Source of the DNA: Candidatus Micrarchaeota archaeon
Lineage (GTDB): Archaea; Micrarchaeota; Micrarchaeia; Anstonellales; Anstonellaceae
Direction: 5' to 3'
Length of the DNA: 18,116 nt
Assembly (NCBI GenBank): GCA_043810635.1
Contig: JBDRNY010000054.1
Coordinates: 1-18,116, forward strand
Part shown: positions 14,940 through 18,116 of the stretch, one piece after another
Position numbering within the stretch: the first letter of the stretch is position 1
Layout: each line of letters starts with the position of its first letter
Position numbers and translations under genes: made by a program
Notes under the pieces: model-generated
Databases searched by the model: none
Seen by the model: only the letters and a program-made list of their open reading frames with translations
What the model was told of the DNA's origin: nothing

Positions 14940-16700
14940 TTATAAACCTTTCTTTATTGCCTTCATGCCGGCATTTAATGAAAGAATTAGAATGCAAAGC
15001 AATGCAAATATGCTTATTGCCGCATTTTCCTTTCCGACTTTTTCCTCTTTTTTGCTTACTTCAAATGCAATAGGCGGATTTTTTATTTTCGCTTTAGCCA
15101 TCAGCATGCTTTTTTCCATCTCATCCGAGAGCCTAAACACCCTGTATGATTCAACAATATTCCCCCCGCCTTCAATTGCAGAATATGCGCCATACACTCC
15201 CTGGGAATTGTAAATTCTCCCCCACAAGCTTTCAAATTCCATATCAGCAATTTCAAGAGTCATATTCCCAATCTCTTCTATTTCCTCCTCGGATTCATGG
15301 TTTGTCGCAATTTGCATTCCTGAAGCATATGCACAGTCAAAAATTGCCCCCCCATACTCCCCGCTTTCCAATGAATTATTTGCCGTATCAAGGTGCCATA
15401 TTGCATCATTATCCCGCACTATGGAATTTTCAACTAATTTTCTTGCATCTATTAATTTTACTTTTGCAACAGATTTCAATATTTCATTATCAATTTCCTC
15501 CCCGCCAATTTCTTCTGCCTGGGCAAGCATATGGCCCGCCGCTTGGCACCATGAGCGGGCATAATAAATTTCCCTTGCAGCCAAATACCTTTCTTCCTGC
15601 GTCTGAAAATCTTCCATATATTTGCTTATATCCTCAATTTTCTTTTTTGCCCAGCTTTTCCTTGCTTCGGCACCCGCAATCCATTCAAAATTTTCCTCGG
15701 TAATCTCCACTGAAGGAAGAGCATCCACGCATTGCCCGGATATTTCAATCTCTTTTTCCAAATTTAATTCATGCGGGGGGGTTGCAAGAAAATATGCGTC
15801 TATTTGGGAAAGAAATGCATTGTTTGCGGCAGTGTATGCATACCCTTTTTCAATAATTTCATTATTCTGCCCCGCTTCCTTTTCAAAATGCTCTTCATAT
15901 TCTTCCAAGCCTTCCCCGCTTCCTTCCCTTACCTGCAAAAGCAATTCATTGTTTATATTTCCCGCCACTTCAGAAAATCTCATATCATCTTCATTTAATT
16001 CTCTCTGCGGCAAATTTGCGGGTATCTGCTTATTTTCCAATTTAAAATTTGACTCATACTCCTTCCCCTCGGCAGAAGTTGCAATTTCATACCCTTGTTC
16101 AAGAGTTTCCACTTCAATTGCAACAAATTCATGCTCTTCTGCCAGTTTTGAAAGCAAAATATTTTCATAAATTTTCTGTTTTGGAGTAATAAGTATTACT
16201 TTCCCCTCCCTTGCGCTTGCCTGAGCTTTGTCTATCAGCCCCCCTACAAGCCCGACTTGCCCGTTTTGCAAAATAGCCCCTGTAATTGCAATATCCTTTC
16301 TCAATTCCTTTCCTTCTAATGCGGCTTTTAATGCAATTGTCATTGCGAGCCCTGCAGAAGGGCCGTCCACAGAAGGGGATTGGTTTAAATCCAAAAAACT
16401 GAACAATATTTCACATTCTTTTTTGCTAACACCTGTGTTAGCAAACCCTTCCCTTACCGCTTCTTGCTGGGAAAGCTGGGTGCTTACCCCCACAAGCGGG
16501 TCTATCGAGGTAAAAACAGAGCCGTTGCCGGGCATTGTTTCCACTTTCACCCTCAATAACCCCCCCTCCTGCCCGCTCACCACTGCAGGTATATAAACAA
16601 TTCTCTCCTCATCCGGGCATTCAGCATGCACCGGCGCTGAAAAAGCAAAAACCAGCAATAATGCAAGCAATAGCATTAATTTCCTGTCCATACCCCTCAA
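14940..16700 (-). CDS. Exported, C-terminally anchored Lon-like (S16, Ser-Lys dyad) archaeal serine protease without ATPase domain
   Basis: Signal peptide, catalytic Ser motif VDGPSAG, ITGAI..GQVGLVGGLIDK (Lys), a long helical region and a C-terminal TM helix with a basic tail. The start may be ATG 16691 instead of TTG 16700. Confidence 0.9.
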   Translation of the reverse strand: MRGMDRKLMLLLALLLVFAFSAPVHAECPDEERIVYIPAVVSGQEGGLLRVKVETMPGNGSVFTSIDPLVGVSTQLSQQEAVREGFANTGVSKKECEILFSFLDLNQSPSVDGPSAGLAMTIALKAALEGKELRKDIAITGAILQNGQVGLVGGLIDKAQASAREGKVILITPKQKIYENILLSKLAEEHEFVAIEVETLEQGYEIATSAEGKEYESNFKLENKQIPANLPQRELNEDDMRFSEVAGNINNELLLQVREGSGEGLEEYEEHFEKEAGQNNEIIEKGYAYTAANNAFLSQIDAYFLATPPHELNLEKEIEISGQCVDALPSVEITEENFEWIAGAEARKSWAKKKIEDISKYMEDFQTQEERYLAAREIYYARSWCQAAGHMLAQAEEIGGEEIDNEILKSVAKVKLIDARKLVENSIVRDNDAIWHLDTANNSLESGEYGGAIFDCAYASGMQIATNHESEEEIEEIGNMTLEIADMEFESLWGRIYNSQGVYGAYSAIEGGGNIVESYRVFRLSDEMEKSMLMAKAKIKNPPIAFEVSKKEEKVGKENAAISIFALLCILILSLNAGMKAIKKGL

Positions 16701-16756
16701 ACTCCATTGCAGTTTTTAATATATGCCATTTTTTTTAATTTTCCCCTCCCCCTGTA

Positions 16757-16764
16757 TTTATAAA
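16757..16764 (+). promoter_or_regulatory. TATA box upstream of the GTPase gene
   Basis: TTTATAAA lies about 29-36 nt upstream of ATG 16793, in the divergent intergenic region. Confidence 0.5.
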
Positions 16765-16792
16765 ATTAAAATGCATTATATTAGCGAATAAC

Positions 16793-17413
16793 ATGCTGAA
16801 AAAAATCCTGAATTTCTTTAGAAAGCTTCTCTTTCGCAAAAAGGACGTGCGCCTGGGATTTTATGGCAGCACCAACGTGGGCAAAACCACCCTTGCAAAC
16901 AGAATAGCTGTTGATTTGGTCGGCGAAGTCGTAGGCCCTGTCTCCCCCATACCCCACGAAACCCGTGCTGTTATGGAAAAGCAGGAAGTTGTGCTGAAAA
17001 CAGGCGGATACTCCCTTTCCATGGACATATTGGATATGCCCGGCATTGCTGTAAAAGTGGATTACCGGGATTTTATGGAATACGGGCTCGGGAAACAAGA
17101 AGCGCAGTTAAGGGCAAAAGAAGCAACAAGGGGAATTATAGAAGCTGTGAAATGGCTTGAAGATGTTGATGCCGCATTAGTAATAATGGATTCCACCGAA
17201 GACCCCTACAACCAGGTAAATATAACCCTTCTCGGGAATTTGGAGGCAAAAAGCATCCCGTTTGTTATTGTTGCAAACAAAATAGATTTGCCCGGCGCGA
17301 ATACAAAAAGGATAAAAGAAGTTTTCCCGAATTATGCTGTTGTAGAAGTGTCTGCCGCAACAGGCGAGAATATGGAAAACTTATATGACGAGCTTACCGT
17401 CCATTTGCTATAA
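16793..17413 (+). CDS. oapA: Archaeal Era-like small GTP-binding protein (OapA type)
   Basis: G1 GSTNVGKT, PHETR switch I, G3 DMPG, G4 NKID and G5 SA. Family-typical segments KEATRGIIEAVKWL and DPYNQVNITLLGNLEA are present, and it is adjacent to an OapC-like gene. Confidence 0.88.
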   Translation: MLKKILNFFRKLLFRKKDVRLGFYGSTNVGKTTLANRIAVDLVGEVVGPVSPIPHETRAVMEKQEVVLKTGGYSLSMDILDMPGIAVKVDYRDFMEYGLGKQEAQLRAKEATRGIIEAVKWLEDVDAALVIMDSTEDPYNQVNITLLGNLEAKSIPFVIVANKIDLPGANTKRIKEVFPNYAVVEVSAATGENMENLYDELTVHLL

Positions 17414-17440
17414 AAACTCTTCTTTTACTAAATATCCCCT

Positions 17441-17944
17441 ATGCACATCTGCTTAAAATGTGGAAGAGTAGCCAAAACCGTCGAGGAAATAGAAGAAGGT
17501 TGCACCTGCGGCTCAAAAGTTTTTGTATTTAAAAGGGACGAATCCCAGCAAAAATTAAAACCTTTGAAGCGCGCTGAAACCAAGCCTTCCCCTGCAGAAG
17601 CCAAAAGCTTTTCAAAAAAATCATCCAGCATCTATCCTCCTCTTTCAAAAGAAAAAAAAGAACCCCCTTCCCCTTCAGGCGTGGCTTCCTCAATAGTTTC
17701 AGATGACGGGGAAGAGCCGGGGCATGATTATTCAGAAGTCTGGCTTTCAAAAGGCGCAAAAATATCCGCCTCCCCCGAAACCCCCGGCTCAAATATTGAA
17801 AATATAAGGCAGATAAAAAAGGGAATTTTTGAAGTGGATTTGCTTGGAATAAATTCAGGCCCCCTTGTTATCCGGGATTCTGACGGAATATATTATGTGC
17901 GCCTTCCCTTTACCCAGCCGGAATTGCCCGGAAAAAAAGATTAA
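17441..17944 (+). CDS. oapC: Zn-ribbon protein, OapC/DUF2072-like
   Basis: N-terminal HICLKCG..GCTCGSKVF, a low-complexity linker and C-terminal IENIRQIKKGIFEVDL..DGIYYVRLP. Confidence 0.8.
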   Translation: MHICLKCGRVAKTVEEIEEGCTCGSKVFVFKRDESQQKLKPLKRAETKPSPAEAKSFSKKSSSIYPPLSKEKKEPPSPSGVASSIVSDDGEEPGHDYSEVWLSKGAKISASPETPGSNIENIRQIKKGIFEVDLLGINSGPLVIRDSDGIYYVRLPFTQPELPGKKD

Positions 17945-18074
17945 ACATTATTCCCGTGAAAAAAGAAAAAAATCAAACATCAAACAACACCCTTATTTTG
18001 CACCTATCTTTTCCTTCCTCCACTTTTAATCTATGATATGTAACCGCCTTAGTATGGTCTTTCGGCCTTTTCTT

Positions 18075-18116
18075 GGGGGGGGGGGGGGGGGGGGGGGTCG
18101 GGCGTTGGGGCGGGGC
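18075..18116. other. Poly-G tail, probable sequencing or assembly artefact at the contig end
   Basis: G23 run (18075-18097) followed by G-rich low-complexity sequence to the last base, in an otherwise AT-rich window. Confidence 0.8.

Noticed and set aside
13330..16596. Long antisense ORFs (13330..13959, 15146..15703, 15622..16170, 16228..16596) and similar shadow ORFs elsewhere
   Set aside because: They lie entirely opposite well-supported genes, have Ser/Phe/Ile-rich shadow composition and contain no recognisable motifs.
17945..18074. Replication origin next to the oap genes
   Set aside because: No ORB repeats or cdc6/orc1 gene are visible, and the segment is short and runs into low-quality terminal sequence.
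18075..18116. G-quadruplex or ORB G-string
   Set aside because: A terminal G23 run is the typical no-signal artefact of two-colour sequencing at contig ends.

Overview
Archaeal genomic window, most consistent with a DPANN lineage such as Micrarchaeota (inferred from gene families, TATA-type promoters and GGTG(A) ribosome-binding sites). In order: tRNA-Arg(TCG) on the minus strand, with duplicated 3'-end fragments interleaved with small hairpins; a polytopic membrane protein fused to one Cdc48/Vps4-like AAA+ domain; a structured 440-bp intergenic region; a 970-aa S-layer protein; two membrane-anchored surface proteins that appear to share a domain; a GNAT acetyltransferase; and a divergent pair of small winged-helix-like proteins, one apparently starting at ATA. 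These are followed by release factor aRF1, split immediately after its catalytic GGQ motif by a 512-aa intein carrying an HTH and a LAGLIDADG endonuclease; a canonical beta-carbonic anhydrase; a 577-aa protein with one degenerate and one intact beta-CA module; an exported Lon-like (S16) protease; and an OapA-like GTPase with an OapC-like Zn-ribbon protein. The window ends in a poly-G run that is probably an artefact. The strongest leads are the GGQ-splitting intein, a possible RNA switch or sRNA acting on the S-layer leader, and the tandem beta-CA-like protein.
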